Counted from the first letter of the stretch, positions 29,108-39,404 are shown. The stretch: DNA of 46,609 nt from an uncultured Verrucomicrobiales bacterium (GCA_938091905.1 CALKOM010000089.1:1-46609), one strand, 5' to 3'. The notes: generated from the letters alone by a model not told the origin. A program made the numbers and translations.

Positions 29108-31303
29108 ATGCGTCACTTTCTCAGGGTTTTCTTCCTCATCATTCTCGCCAATGACCTTCTGAGTTTAAACGGGGTAGCCCGCGAACCCCAAGAGAAACCA
29201 TCAGTCGCCGCGATCCGACTTGAGTCTCCAATCCAGTTGGATGGCCTTCTAAATGAGCCCGAATGGCAGTCAGCGCCACCGATCAGCAAACTTTACCAAT
29301 ACGAGCCGTCGGCAGGCGACGCCCTTTCAGAAGACACAGACGTTCGTTTCCTTTACGACGACAAGACGCTCTACCTTGGTGTGAATTGCCGCGATCGGAA
29401 TCCCAGCGGCATCATCGCGCGCGGCATGGAACGCGATGGTAGCGTTAGCCCGGACGACTACGTCTATTTCATGTTGGACACCTTTCACGATCAGCGAAAC
29501 GGCTACGTCTTTTCCGTCAATCCGAACGGTGCCAGATACGATGCCCTCCTCAGTCGCGGAACAAGCACCAACTCAGAATGGGATGGTGTGTGGGAAACAA
29601 AGACGTCGATTGATGGCGAAGGCTGGAAAGCTGAGATCGCCATTCCCTTCGCCAGTCTCAGCTTTGATCCTAACAACGACACCTGGGGTTTCAACATCTC
29701 TCGTAATATTCGGCGCAAGTCGGAACGTGGACGATGGACGGGGGCCCGACCCGAAATCCGTACTAGCTACGCCGCTGAAGCCGGCGACCTCACAGGATTG
29801 TCCGGGCTTAGACAAGGCCTCGGCATCGAATTCGCCCCTTACCTTGTCGGACGTTATCGCAAGGGAGAAGGCGATACCGATTTGTTAGGCGATTGGGGAG
29901 CCGACTTCCGTTACCGCATTACGCCGAATCTCTCTGCAACCCTAAGCTACAACACAGACTTCGCTGAGACAGAGGTCGACGATCGCCAAATCAACCTCAC
30001 CCGATTCCCTCTCTTCTTCCCGGAGAAGCGCGGCTTCTTTCTTGAAGACAGTGGCATCTACAACTTTGGCGGACTCACATCATCACGGCGAAGCCGCACT
30101 GGTCTGCGCAATCTCCTCGTGCCCTACTTTACCCGGCGCATTGGCCTTTCTGACGATGGCGACATCATCCCCATCACTGTAGCGGGCAAAGTCGCCGGAC
30201 GGGTCGGCGAATACGAAGTTGGCCTCACCCACGCCTTGCTAGAGGGTAAATATGCCCTTGGGTCCCAAAACGTCACTTCGGCTAGAGTCCTACGCCATTT
30301 CGGTGAACAAAGTAGCGTCGGACTCATGGCCACTGCAGGCAATCCCAATGCAGACGAAGATAACTTCCTACTTGGCGCCGACTATCACTTCCGCACATCC
30401 GACTTTCTTGGCGACAAGTTTCTCCAGTCCGATATCTTTGTCCTCGGCACCTGGAATTTAGATAGCCAAGACCACAATATCGCGGATCAAGCCTTTGGCG
30501 CCTCACTGATTTACCCGAATGAGCCACTTTACCTTTCAATGAAGTACATCGAAATCGGTGAAGATTTCGAACCCGCCCTCGGATTCGTCCGTCGACAAGG
30601 CGTGCGCGCCTATGCTGGCAATGTCACCTACACAGTGCGTCCAGAACACCATCCATGGTTTCGCGAAGTGCAAGCCGGCATCGATGCCGAACTCTACACG
30701 GATCTCGACAATCGGTTGGACAACGCAGACTTTCTCTTCACCCCGTTGGAGGTTGAGTTCCACAGCGCGGACGAACTCCGCTTCGATGTCGAGCACAGCA
30801 TCGACAATCCCCTCGAAGACTTCGAGATCGCCGACGGTGTCGTCATCCCCGCCGGAAACTACAACTGGACCGATTTCTCTATGAGGTTCACGGGTGCCCG
30901 CAAGCGTCTCGTCTCCGCAGAGTTTGGCGCCGTCATCGGCGACTTTTACAACGGCTCTCGGCAGCGTGTCTTTACAGAAATCAACGTCCTTCCTAACAAG
31001 CATCTTTCTTTCGACCTCGACTACGCCTTCAATCGTATCCATCTCCTAGGAGGCAGCTTCGACACCCACCTCGCCAGCGCCCGTATGGTTTGGAAATTCA
31101 CTCCCGACCTCACCTGGAGTCACCTCCTCCAGTATGACAGCCTCTCAGACTCCATGGGTTTCCAATCCCTCCTCCGTTGGGAATACCGCCCAGGATCCGA
31201 ACTCTTCGCCGTCGTCAATCAATCCTATCTTCACGAAGAACGAGGTTGGCGAACCACCGATGAAGAGTTTACGGTTAAAGTTGGCGTGAACGGTAGGTTC
31301 TAG
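29108..31303 (+). CDS. DUF5916-type outer-membrane protein with an N-terminal CBM9-like sugar-binding domain
   Basis: IQLDGLLNEPEW, LDTFHDQRNGYVFSVNPNG, WKAEIAIPFASL, NTDFAETEVDDRQINLTRFPLFFPEKRGFFLE; terminal Phe typical of a beta-barrel. Confidence 0.85.
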   Translation: MRHFLRVFFLIILANDLLSLNGVAREPQEKPSVAAIRLESPIQLDGLLNEPEWQSAPPISKLYQYEPSAGDALSEDTDVRFLYDDKTLYLGVNCRDRNPSGIIARGMERDGSVSPDDYVYFMLDTFHDQRNGYVFSVNPNGARYDALLSRGTSTNSEWDGVWETKTSIDGEGWKAEIAIPFASLSFDPNNDTWGFNISRNIRRKSERGRWTGARPEIRTSYAAEAGDLTGLSGLRQGLGIEFAPYLVGRYRKGEGDTDLLGDWGADFRYRITPNLSATLSYNTDFAETEVDDRQINLTRFPLFFPEKRGFFLEDSGIYNFGGLTSSRRSRTGLRNLLVPYFTRRIGLSDDGDIIPITVAGKVAGRVGEYEVGLTHALLEGKYALGSQNVTSARVLRHFGEQSSVGLMATAGNPNADEDNFLLGADYHFRTSDFLGDKFLQSDIFVLGTWNLDSQDHNIADQAFGASLIYPNEPLYLSMKYIEIGEDFEPALGFVRRQGVRAYAGNVTYTVRPEHHPWFREVQAGIDAELYTDLDNRLDNADFLFTPLEVEFHSADELRFDVEHSIDNPLEDFEIADGVVIPAGNYNWTDFSMRFTGARKRLVSAEFGAVIGDFYNGSRQRVFTEINVLPNKHLSFDLDYAFNRIHLLGGSFDTHLASARMVWKFTPDLTWSHLLQYDSLSDSMGFQSLLRWEYRPGSELFAVVNQSYLHEERGWRTTDEEFTVKVGVNGRF

Positions 31304-31391
31304 CATCCGCCCCCCTTTAGGCCGAAATCGATAGAGCCAACCCATCATCCCTAACCGCTCCTTGAAACTGGAAGGCTTCAGTTTTTAAATG

Positions 31392-31736
31392 CTACTCATC
31401 AATCTTCTCTCCAAAAGCAGCTAGATCTAACAGAACACGAAGTTCTGCGATTGAAAGAGGCGACCGAGAAATCTCGTGAAACTGCTCTTGATGACCACCC
31501 AACGCTCTACCCGCAAGTGCGAGATGAAGATAGCCGTACGCTCCATCTACCGGAGCATTTAGATACGTTCGCAAGCGTTCTTCACTAAGATTAGCCTGAA
31601 ACGAATCTGCCGACTCCCTGATCACTCCTTCATAATTAGGATCCCCGGCAACAAAAATTCCAAACACCATCAAGAGCGCCGTCAATCCAATGGCAATAAT
31701 CCCAAAGCACACAACCAATTTCACGACACCAAGCAA
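31392..31736 (-). CDS. Small hypothetical membrane protein, possibly a decayed remnant
   Basis: One strong TM segment followed by a helical domain; TTG start and both ends uncertain. Confidence 0.45.
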   Translation of the reverse strand: MLGVVKLVVCFGIIAIGLTALLMVFGIFVAGDPNYEGVIRESADSFQANLSEERLRTYLNAPVDGAYGYLHLALAGRALGGHQEQFHEISRSPLSIAELRVLLDLAAFGEKIDE

Positions 31737-31885
31737 CCATGGTTTGCTCTACTTTCCGTGTCAAAGGCCCTCTTCCCTTAACCGAACGATTCAACATAAT
31801 CCTAGCACCGCCGACAAAAAATCAATCTAGGCGTCAGCGCATGGCTCTAATATGTTTCTGCTTTTCGGAATATAGCCGTAGCATC

Positions 31886-32037
31886 TTGTTCTGTTCTGTT
31901 CTGTTCTGTTCTGTTCTGTTCTGTTCTGTTCTGGTCTGGTCTGGTCTGGTCTGGTCTGGTCTGGTCTGGTCTGGTCTGGTCTGGTCTGGTCTGGTCTGGT
32001 CTGGTCTGGTCTGGTCTGGTCTGGTCTGGTCTGGTCT
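31886..32037. repeat. Compound pentanucleotide microsatellite TTGTT(CTGTT)8(CTGGT)21CT
   Basis: Counted directly: 8 perfect CTGTT units at 31891-31930, then 21 perfect CTGGT units at 31931-32035. Confidence 0.98.
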
Positions 32038-32265
32038 CACCTACCACGAACTGCTCTCGAAAAAGTTAGGAAGCGCCTCCACGGAGTTCTCATAGTCAAC
32101 CTCAGCCCTTCTCTATCAATCCACTTCATCAGAAGCCCTCGCATCTTCGTGCCCTCGCGCGAAAAATCTCCAAAAGTCTCCGCTCGACTCCTAAAGTTTC
32201 CGCAGCAAAGGCTCGCCACCTGGGGTTAGTTCACCCAGCATTTCGCCATCAGAAACCCTATTTCT

Positions 32266-35200
32266 ATGAAAGCCCTCTCTCGTTCCCTCGCCCTTCTCTG
32301 CCTCGCCATGACCACCTCGCTCATGGCAACTCCGAAGAAGATCGTCTTCATCTCCCACCTCAGCTCACACGGAAACGGCCAACACGAGTATGGCGCTGGC
32401 TGTCAGCTCATCGGCCAATGGCTCACCGCCGCGTATGGCGAAGACAAGGTCACGTGGGAACACCACATCATCTGGCCCGAGGAGCCTGAGGCCGCATTCA
32501 AAGATGCGGATACCGTTGTCTTCTTCTGCTCTGGCGGGAACGGCCACTTGGTGAACAAACACGTAAAGGAGTTTGATAAAGTCATGAAGCGTGGCGTCGG
32601 CCTGGCCTGCCTGCACTATGGAGTGGAGGTCCCCGTCGGCCCTCCCGGCAAAGGCATGCTTAACTGGATGGGCGGCTATTTCGAAGCCCACTGGTCCGTC
32701 AACCCTCACTGGATTGCAGAATTTAAAGAGTTCCCCAAACATCCAGCCGCCGCTGGCCTCAAGCCCTTCACCAGCAATGACGAATGGTACTTCCATATGC
32801 GTTTCCGTCCCGAGATGGAAGGCATCACGCCCATCCTCTCCGCCCATCCCCCTGCAAAGACCATGGAACGCAAGGATGGCGCTCACAGCGGCAATCCTCA
32901 CGTCCGCAAATCTGTTGCCGATGGCAATGCTCAGCACGTCGCTTGGACCTATCAGAGAGGCGAAGACTATGGCAATGGCCGCGGCTTTGGATTCACCGGC
33001 TTGCACTACCACAAGAACTTCACCGATGACAGCTTCCGCAAGACCGCGCTCAACGGCATCGCTTGGACCGCTCAGCTAGGCATCCCCGAAGGCGGCGTCC
33101 CCTCCCCACGTCCTACGGAAGCCGATCTCGCTAAGTCGATCACCGACACCGTCGCCAAGTTTCCCAAGCACACCAAGCCCAAGAAGAAAGCAAAGAAGAA
33201 ACAAGCTGCTAACAAGAACGCCACCCTCCCTAAATCGGCCTTCTCATCCAAGACGGTGACCGAGGACACTCCGGGCCACGCCGTGAAGATCGAAGCCGAC
33301 ATCACCGGCGCCAAGCAACTCTACCTCGCCGTGACCGATGGCGGCGATAGCTACAGTTTCGACTGGGCCAATTGGATAAACCCACGAGTGGTTGGCCCCA
33401 AAGGAGAGAAGAAGCTCACGAAAATGAAATGGGCCAAAGCCGAATCCGGCTGGGGCCAAACGCGCCTCAATCAGAACGCGGGCGGTGGCAACCTCATCGT
33501 CGCAGGCAAACGAATCAAGGAAGGTATTGGCACCCACGCCACGAGCTTGATTACTTACAACATACCGAACGGCTACACCAAGTTTCGAGCTACCGGCGGC
33601 CTCGACGAAGGCGGCACGGAACAAGGCGGCGCCTCAAGCGTCGCCTTTCATGTTTTTACCAAGGACCCTCAGGACTTCATAAGACAAGAAACCCGCAAAT
33701 CAGGCGGGGGTGGTGACGATCTCCGCGATCCTGCCAATGCGGTAGCTTCCTTAGACGTTCACCCGGAGCTCGACGCTACCCTCTTTGCCTCGGAACCCAT
33801 GCTCATGAGCCCTAGCAGCATCGATGTTGACCACCTCGGACGTGTGTGGGTCTGCGAGGTGATCAATTACCGCGGTCACAAGGGCAAACGTAAGGAGGGC
33901 GACCGCATCCTCATCATCGAAGACACGGATGCCGATGGCAAAGCTGACGAATCGACCGTGTTCTACCAAGGCAACGACGTCGACTCCGCCCACGGCATCT
34001 GCGTGTTAGGCGATCGCGTCATCGTCTCTGCCAATGACGATGTCTTCTCCCTCTACGACGACAACAAGGATGGCAAAGCGGATCGAAAGGAACTCATGTT
34101 CACCAAGATCGGCGGCAGCCAGCACGACCACGGCATCCACGCCTTCATGTTCGGACACGACGGCCGCCTCTACTTCAATTTCGGTAATGCAGCCAAACAA
34201 CTCTGCGATAAGGATGGTGAATTGATCGTTGATCTTGCGGGGAACGAAGTCGCCGCCAAACGCAAGCCCTACCAAGAAGGCATGATCTTCCGCTGCGCCC
34301 TCGATGGCTCTAATGTCGAAACGTTAGCCTGGAACTTTCGCAACAACTGGGAAATGGCCGTCGATTCGTATGGCGCCATGTGGCAGAGCGACAATGACGA
34401 TGACGGCAATCGAGGCGTCCGTATCAACTTCGTCATGGAGTACGGCAACTACGGCTACAGAGACGAATTCACCGGGGCCGGCTGGCGCAGTGATCGTATC
34501 GGAGCCCACACAGATACGCCACTCAAACACTGGCATTTACGCGATCCCGGTGTCGTACCGAACTTACTCCAAACGGGAGCAGGCTCCCCCACAGGTATCA
34601 CCATCTACGAAGGCGACCTCTTGCCGAAACAATTTCACGGCCAAGTCATCCACTGCGATGCCGGGCCAAACGTGTGCCGCGCCTATCCGGTCGAGAACGA
34701 TGGCGCAGGCTACAAAGCCGAGAGCGTCAACATCCTTAGTAGCACGAAGGACCGCTGGTACCGGCCTTCAGATGTCGCCGTCGCTCCCGATGGTTCCCTC
34801 ATCATCGCCGACTGGTATGATCCCGGCGTCGGAGGCCACGGCATGGGCGACCTCGATCGGGGCCGCCTCTTCAGGGTCGCGCCTAAAGGCAACACAACCT
34901 TTCAAATCTATAAAGTAGACACGTCAACTACCAAAGGAGCCATCGCCGCGCTCAAGAGCCCCAACAATGCCACCCGTTACCTCGGCTGGACTGCTCTCAG
35001 CAAAGACAAAGCCGGTCGCAAAGCGGCCCGCACCCTATTCAGAGACAAAGAAGCGCTTCCACATCACCGCGCACGCGGCCTTCACTTGTTAGGCTGGCAC
35101 AAGAAAGGCTATGTCAAACAAGCCCTCAAAAATAGTGATCCTAACATACGTATGGCAGGCCTTCGTCTCGCTCGCCAACACAACAGCCATCTATTAGAAT

Positions 35201-36639
35201 CCATCGAAACTCTCACAGAAGATCCCGATTCTCAAGTCCGCCGCGAATGCGCCATAGCGCTACGATTTCAAGATAGCCCCATAGCAAACGAACTCTGGGC
35301 CAAACTCGCCGCGCAGCACGACGGCAAAGACCGTTGGTATTTGGAAGCCCTCGGCATCGGCGCCGACCTTTATTGGGACAGCCGCCTCGCCGCCTTTGAA
35401 GCCCTCGACCATCAGGGCCTCGGCTCAGCTGATATCCTCTGGCGCAGCCGTGCAACGAGCACACCAGGAAAGTTAGCGGACGCCCTCCTAAAGGAAGCCT
35501 CGGCAGAGACACAGCAGCGTCTCATACGTGCCCTCGATTTCCAAACACCCGGAAAGGCCAAAGACGCCGCCCTCGCCAAGGCCTTTGCACAAGGTAGCGA
35601 GCAGATCGCCCTCCCCATCGCCTTCAACCTCCCACCTGACAGTCTAACCTCAGAACAGAAATCCAAGGTGAGTCGCCTGGTCAGCTCCATGAAAGATAAG
35701 CCCGAAGCAGTCCGCCTCATCGCGCGCTTCAACTTCTTAAAACCAACCACTACTAGCGATATCCTCCTCAGCTACATCCTCAAACAAGAACAAACCAATA
35801 GCGATAGTATCCTCGCCGCCCGATCCATTGTCCGCACAGGTGCATGGGAATGGATCTCAGAGCACATGCGCGGCGCCCAGCTCAAGGCTATCACTGGAAA
35901 TGATTACGATAGGCTCATTCACGCCCTCGGAAGCTGTGGCGAAGCCGTCGACATTCTAAAAAGAGAACTGCTCCGAAATTATAGTAATATTAGTCTCTGC
36001 CAGAAACTAGTCGCCGCGATCGCACTCTCCCCCAACGGCGAACGCTTCCTCCTAAAGGAAGCCGAGTCACCACAATTTCGCGACGAACTCAAGTTCACCA
36101 CCGCCGCCGTGTTAGGCCGATCCCGTGATCGTAAGATTCGTGATAGCATCGCCAAGGCCCTCGACTTGCCTCCCTCGCCAGGGGCCGAGAAGTTTCCGCC
36201 TATTCCCAAGCTCGTACAAATGAAAGGCCACGTAGACCAAGGAGCGGCCGCTTTCGCCAAAGCGACGTGCACCACCTGCCACCTCGTCGACGAAAAGGGC
36301 ATCGACTTCGGCCCCGACCTCACAGAGATCGGAGACAAGCTCTCTGTTGAGGGCCTCTACGAGGCCATCCTCTATCCGAACAATGCCGTCTCCCACGGCT
36401 TCCAAGGCGTCGTCCTCACGACCAAAGACGAAACCCAACTCGGCGGCTACCTTGTCAGCGAAACCAACTCTGGACTCTCCCTCCGCATGCCCGGCGGCGT
36501 GACTCAAACCCTGGCCCTCAGCGACATCAAGAAACGCGAAGACATGCCCCAATCCCTCATGCCCCCAGGTCTAGCCGCTACCCTGTCCACTCAAGAACTT
36601 GCCAATCTCGTCGCCTATCTCTCCACTCTCAAGAAGTAG
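32266..36639 (+). CDS. PVC-type heme-binding CxxCH protein: ThuA-like + NPCBM/NEW2 + dehydrogenase-like propeller + HEAT repeats + cytochrome c
   Basis: Signal peptide; ThuA-like SHGNGQHEY...GLACLHYG...DEWYF...GRGFGFTGLH; NPCBM SGWG...GIGTHA; LFASEPML..P..IDVD..GRVWV, NFRNNWE, RPSDVAVAPDGSLIIADWYD; DPDSQVRRECAIALR; CTTCH...GPDLTEIG...SLMP. Confidence 0.9.
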   Translation: MKALSRSLALLCLAMTTSLMATPKKIVFISHLSSHGNGQHEYGAGCQLIGQWLTAAYGEDKVTWEHHIIWPEEPEAAFKDADTVVFFCSGGNGHLVNKHVKEFDKVMKRGVGLACLHYGVEVPVGPPGKGMLNWMGGYFEAHWSVNPHWIAEFKEFPKHPAAAGLKPFTSNDEWYFHMRFRPEMEGITPILSAHPPAKTMERKDGAHSGNPHVRKSVADGNAQHVAWTYQRGEDYGNGRGFGFTGLHYHKNFTDDSFRKTALNGIAWTAQLGIPEGGVPSPRPTEADLAKSITDTVAKFPKHTKPKKKAKKKQAANKNATLPKSAFSSKTVTEDTPGHAVKIEADITGAKQLYLAVTDGGDSYSFDWANWINPRVVGPKGEKKLTKMKWAKAESGWGQTRLNQNAGGGNLIVAGKRIKEGIGTHATSLITYNIPNGYTKFRATGGLDEGGTEQGGASSVAFHVFTKDPQDFIRQETRKSGGGGDDLRDPANAVASLDVHPELDATLFASEPMLMSPSSIDVDHLGRVWVCEVINYRGHKGKRKEGDRILIIEDTDADGKADESTVFYQGNDVDSAHGICVLGDRVIVSANDDVFSLYDDNKDGKADRKELMFTKIGGSQHDHGIHAFMFGHDGRLYFNFGNAAKQLCDKDGELIVDLAGNEVAAKRKPYQEGMIFRCALDGSNVETLAWNFRNNWEMAVDSYGAMWQSDNDDDGNRGVRINFVMEYGNYGYRDEFTGAGWRSDRIGAHTDTPLKHWHLRDPGVVPNLLQTGAGSPTGITIYEGDLLPKQFHGQVIHCDAGPNVCRAYPVENDGAGYKAESVNILSSTKDRWYRPSDVAVAPDGSLIIADWYDPGVGGHGMGDLDRGRLFRVAPKGNTTFQIYKVDTSTTKGAIAALKSPNNATRYLGWTALSKDKAGRKAARTLFRDKEALPHHRARGLHLLGWHKKGYVKQALKNSDPNIRMAGLRLARQHNSHLLESIETLTEDPDSQVRRECAIALRFQDSPIANELWAKLAAQHDGKDRWYLEALGIGADLYWDSRLAAFEALDHQGLGSADILWRSRATSTPGKLADALLKEASAETQQRLIRALDFQTPGKAKDAALAKAFAQGSEQIALPIAFNLPPDSLTSEQKSKVSRLVSSMKDKPEAVRLIARFNFLKPTTTSDILLSYILKQEQTNSDSILAARSIVRTGAWEWISEHMRGAQLKAITGNDYDRLIHALGSCGEAVDILKRELLRNYSNISLCQKLVAAIALSPNGERFLLKEAESPQFRDELKFTTAAVLGRSRDRKIRDSIAKALDLPPSPGAEKFPPIPKLVQMKGHVDQGAAAFAKATCTTCHLVDEKGIDFGPDLTEIGDKLSVEGLYEAILYPNNAVSHGFQGVVLTTKDETQLGGYLVSETNSGLSLRMPGGVTQTLALSDIKKREDMPQSLMPPGLAATLSTQELANLVAYLSTLKK

Positions 36640-36966
36640 GCAGTAAAAGTGCGGCGCTCGTACGCTTCCCCGATCCGCAGCTTCGTCTTCTCCACTGTCT
36701 CAGATAGCTACGACCACGCAAAGAAATTCTTCCATTTCGTTTTATTCTTGCTAGTCTTTATCTTTTGTTTCAGATCTCGGCGAGCGAGAGTGGCGCAACA
36801 ACGATTACAGTAACGACTCATGGAGCACCAGGTGATGGCTGTATCCGATGGTGATGGCAGCACAAAGCACGGTCCCTTTGGTAACACTGGCTCGCTTACC
36901 TGTCTTTGCGTTAGTCATGTTCGGCATACAACTATACCAGAGCCTACCACTCCGCTTTTCATTTTA

Positions 36967-37245
36967 TCAGCTCTGTTTACCCTCATCTGCGGCCAGCCCA
37001 ATAAAAGTCAAGGGTGCAACAAAGTCAGAAAGATGGTCACAAACAAAATTCATCTGCTCGGCCAGACCGATCGACGCAAAGATCTCCACCAGTCCTGCAT
37101 GCAACGTGTCCACACGAAAGTCCCGATCGAAATCCCTCCGACCTTCCAGCATTAACGTTGAAATTCCACAACGCCCAGGGAGATAGCCTAAGACCGCCCC
37201 AGATGGTCCTTCCCCGGCAATGCAGATATCAACTTCTCGTGGACC
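36967..37245 (-). pseudogene. Remnant of an FAD-dependent oxidoreductase/monooxygenase (N-terminal FAD-binding part)
   Basis: VDICIAGEGPSGAVLGYL..RCGISTLMLE...DFDRDFRVDTLH resembles the GGGPAG...LE...DF.RDFRGDT.H start of this family; it stops after about 90 codons and the downstream sequence is degenerate. Confidence 0.7.
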
Positions 37246-37309
37246 GCTCACCGTTAATATCCCGTCATCTAGCACCCTGAGATCGGTCTACCCATACCGT
37301 CATCGATGA

Positions 37310-37791
37310 TCATTCATTCGGGGCGAACACTCGTTCCCAACGCCACACCTGCCCATCAACTCGATCGGTAACTTCACCAACAAATGGAAGCCACATTTAT
37401 CCAAGAGAGCAGTAGACACAGTCTCGCTGGTTAACGTGTGCGCACGCACTCTTGATACCTCAGGTTGCTAAGCCACGAATTCGACCATTCCTTGCAAGAC
37501 TTCCGTGGTAAAGTCCTGGTCTTGATGAGCCTCCTCAATCGCATAGGCAACTTCCACATCACCCTCGCTATCTGGTGGGTCCTTAAAACCAATGCTACCA
37601 ATTTCGCAATCAGAAAGCGAAACCAGACGGATGAAGAAACCATGGAGCCAAGAACCAGACTCGGTCGTCGCTTCCACCCGTGCAAGCCACTCTGGCCCCA
37701 GTTCGCAAGCCAACTCGAGAGGCAACAAGCGCATAAGCTCCCGGGCTGGCTGAGCCGGTTCAAGAGGCAATGCCAAACGGGATGTTGACAT
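37310..37791 (-). pseudogene. RimJ/RimL-type GNAT N-acetyltransferase pseudogene
   Basis: IGSIGFKDPPDSEGDVEVAYAI...; in-frame TAG at 37468-37470; continues QPEVSRVRAHTL...STALLDKCGF, then frameshifts into FVGEVTDRVDGQVWRWER. Confidence 0.8.
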
Positions 37792-37902
37792 CACCAGGCA
37801 GAAGATTCTCCACAATTTCGAGAAATGGAAACCGAGATCCTAGCCCATCCTACGACTGCGGTTCTTGACTTACCGACTCTTTTCCGGCACAGCGAGAGCA
37901 TA

Positions 37903-39363
37903 GTGAACCAATTCTTTTTTCGAACTGTCACCTTTCTCCTCCTTTCTATCGCTACTGTTCTTGCAGCGCCGACCAATGTGCTGCTTATCACCGTCGATGA
38001 CATGTCCTGCGACTCCGTCGGCGTCTACGGAAATCCGATTACCAATATCACTCCTAACATTGACCAGCTCGCGTCCGAAGGGCTCCGTTTCAAACACGGC
38101 CACGTGACCGTTGCCATTTGCCAACCCTGTCGCGCCGCTTGGATGACAGGGCGATACCCACACAATTCGGGTGCTCTTGGGTTTGATCAGATTCGGAATG
38201 GCATACCCACGTTGCCGGAAGCACTACAGAAAGCAGGCTACCGCACAGGGCTCATGGCAAAGCATGGTCACGTCATTCCTTCCCGGGCCGCCGCCTTTGA
38301 TGAAATCGTGCCCGCTAGAGAGTTAAAGAACGGACGCTCTCCTGAGCTGTTCGGCCAGCGAGCTGCCGCCTTCTTCGAGGCAGCCAAGAAAGAGGACAAG
38401 CCCTTCTTTCTCATGGCCAACTCCCAGGATCCTCACCGCCCCTTTATTGGCAGCCAGCAAGAAGCGAACGCCAAGAAGCGCGACCATAGGAACAAGTCGC
38501 ACCAATACGGCGGAGGGTTTCCCAACGATGAGATGATCTACGATCCCGCTAACGTTCCCGTTCCAGGGTTTCTACCCGATTTGCCAGATATTCGTTTAGA
38601 ACTCGCTCAGTATTACTCATCGGTCCACCGAGCAGACGCCATCGTCGGCAGCCTTTTGAAAGCGCTAGACAAGGCCGGTTTGCGAGACAGCACGATCGTC
38701 ATGTTCCTATCGGATCACGGCATGCCGTTGCCCTATGCGAAGACCAATTGCTGGCATCATAGCACACGCACTCCATGGATCGTACGATGGCCGGGCACTG
38801 TGAAGCCAGGCTCTCACGACACTGAGCATCTCGTAGGAGGCATCGACCTCTCCCCCACTCTCCTAGACGCTTTAGGCCTGCCAAATCTAGCAAGCGCAGA
38901 CGGTCGTTCGTTCCTCCCTATCCTCAAAGGCGAACAGCAGACCAACCGAGACGTCCTCTTCACTCATATCAACACCATTGCTAGCAAACGTGCCTACACG
39001 ATGCGGGCCGTGGTCACTCGTGAGCACCGTTACCTCTGGAATGGCTGGCACGATGGAGAAACCACTTTTAAAAACGAATCTCTAAGCGGGCTAAGTTGGA
39101 AGGCGATGACACAGGCTGCGAAGGACGATGCTAGTATCGCTGCCCGCGTCGAATTCTATGCCAAACGCGTTCCAGAAGAGTTTTATAAGACGGATTCAGA
39201 TCCCGATTGCCTCAAGAACCTCATTGATGTGTCGACCCAGAAGGTTCAAATTGATTACTTCCGATCGAAACTTCGCAACCATCTGAAGAATACCAAGGAT
39301 CCGCAGCTAGAGAGCTTCGAGGCGCTTGACGCTAGAGACTCACCCAAGCAAATAGGCCTCTAA
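37903..39363 (+). CDS. Formylglycine-dependent sulfatase (sulfamidase-like)
   Basis: Signal peptide from GTG 37903; PTNVLLITVDD, TPNIDQLASEG, CQPCRAAWMTGRYPH, DPHRPF, SDHGMP. Confidence 0.92.
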   Translation: MNQFFFRTVTFLLLSIATVLAAPTNVLLITVDDMSCDSVGVYGNPITNITPNIDQLASEGLRFKHGHVTVAICQPCRAAWMTGRYPHNSGALGFDQIRNGIPTLPEALQKAGYRTGLMAKHGHVIPSRAAAFDEIVPARELKNGRSPELFGQRAAAFFEAAKKEDKPFFLMANSQDPHRPFIGSQQEANAKKRDHRNKSHQYGGGFPNDEMIYDPANVPVPGFLPDLPDIRLELAQYYSSVHRADAIVGSLLKALDKAGLRDSTIVMFLSDHGMPLPYAKTNCWHHSTRTPWIVRWPGTVKPGSHDTEHLVGGIDLSPTLLDALGLPNLASADGRSFLPILKGEQQTNRDVLFTHINTIASKRAYTMRAVVTREHRYLWNGWHDGETTFKNESLSGLSWKAMTQAAKDDASIAARVEFYAKRVPEEFYKTDSDPDCLKNLIDVSTQKVQIDYFRSKLRNHLKNTKDPQLESFEALDARDSPKQIGL

Positions 39364-39404
39364 GCAAATCGAGATAAGGCTCATTCGAGGATGGCTCATC
39401 CTGC

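Noticed and set aside
31886..32037. Possible CRISPR array
   Set aside because: 5-bp tandem units without spacers, and no cas genes
31739..32095. ORFs with LFCSV/LVWSG and TRPDQ/NRTEQ repeats on both strands
   Set aside because: By-products of a stop-free pentamer array; the flanking translations are not protein-like
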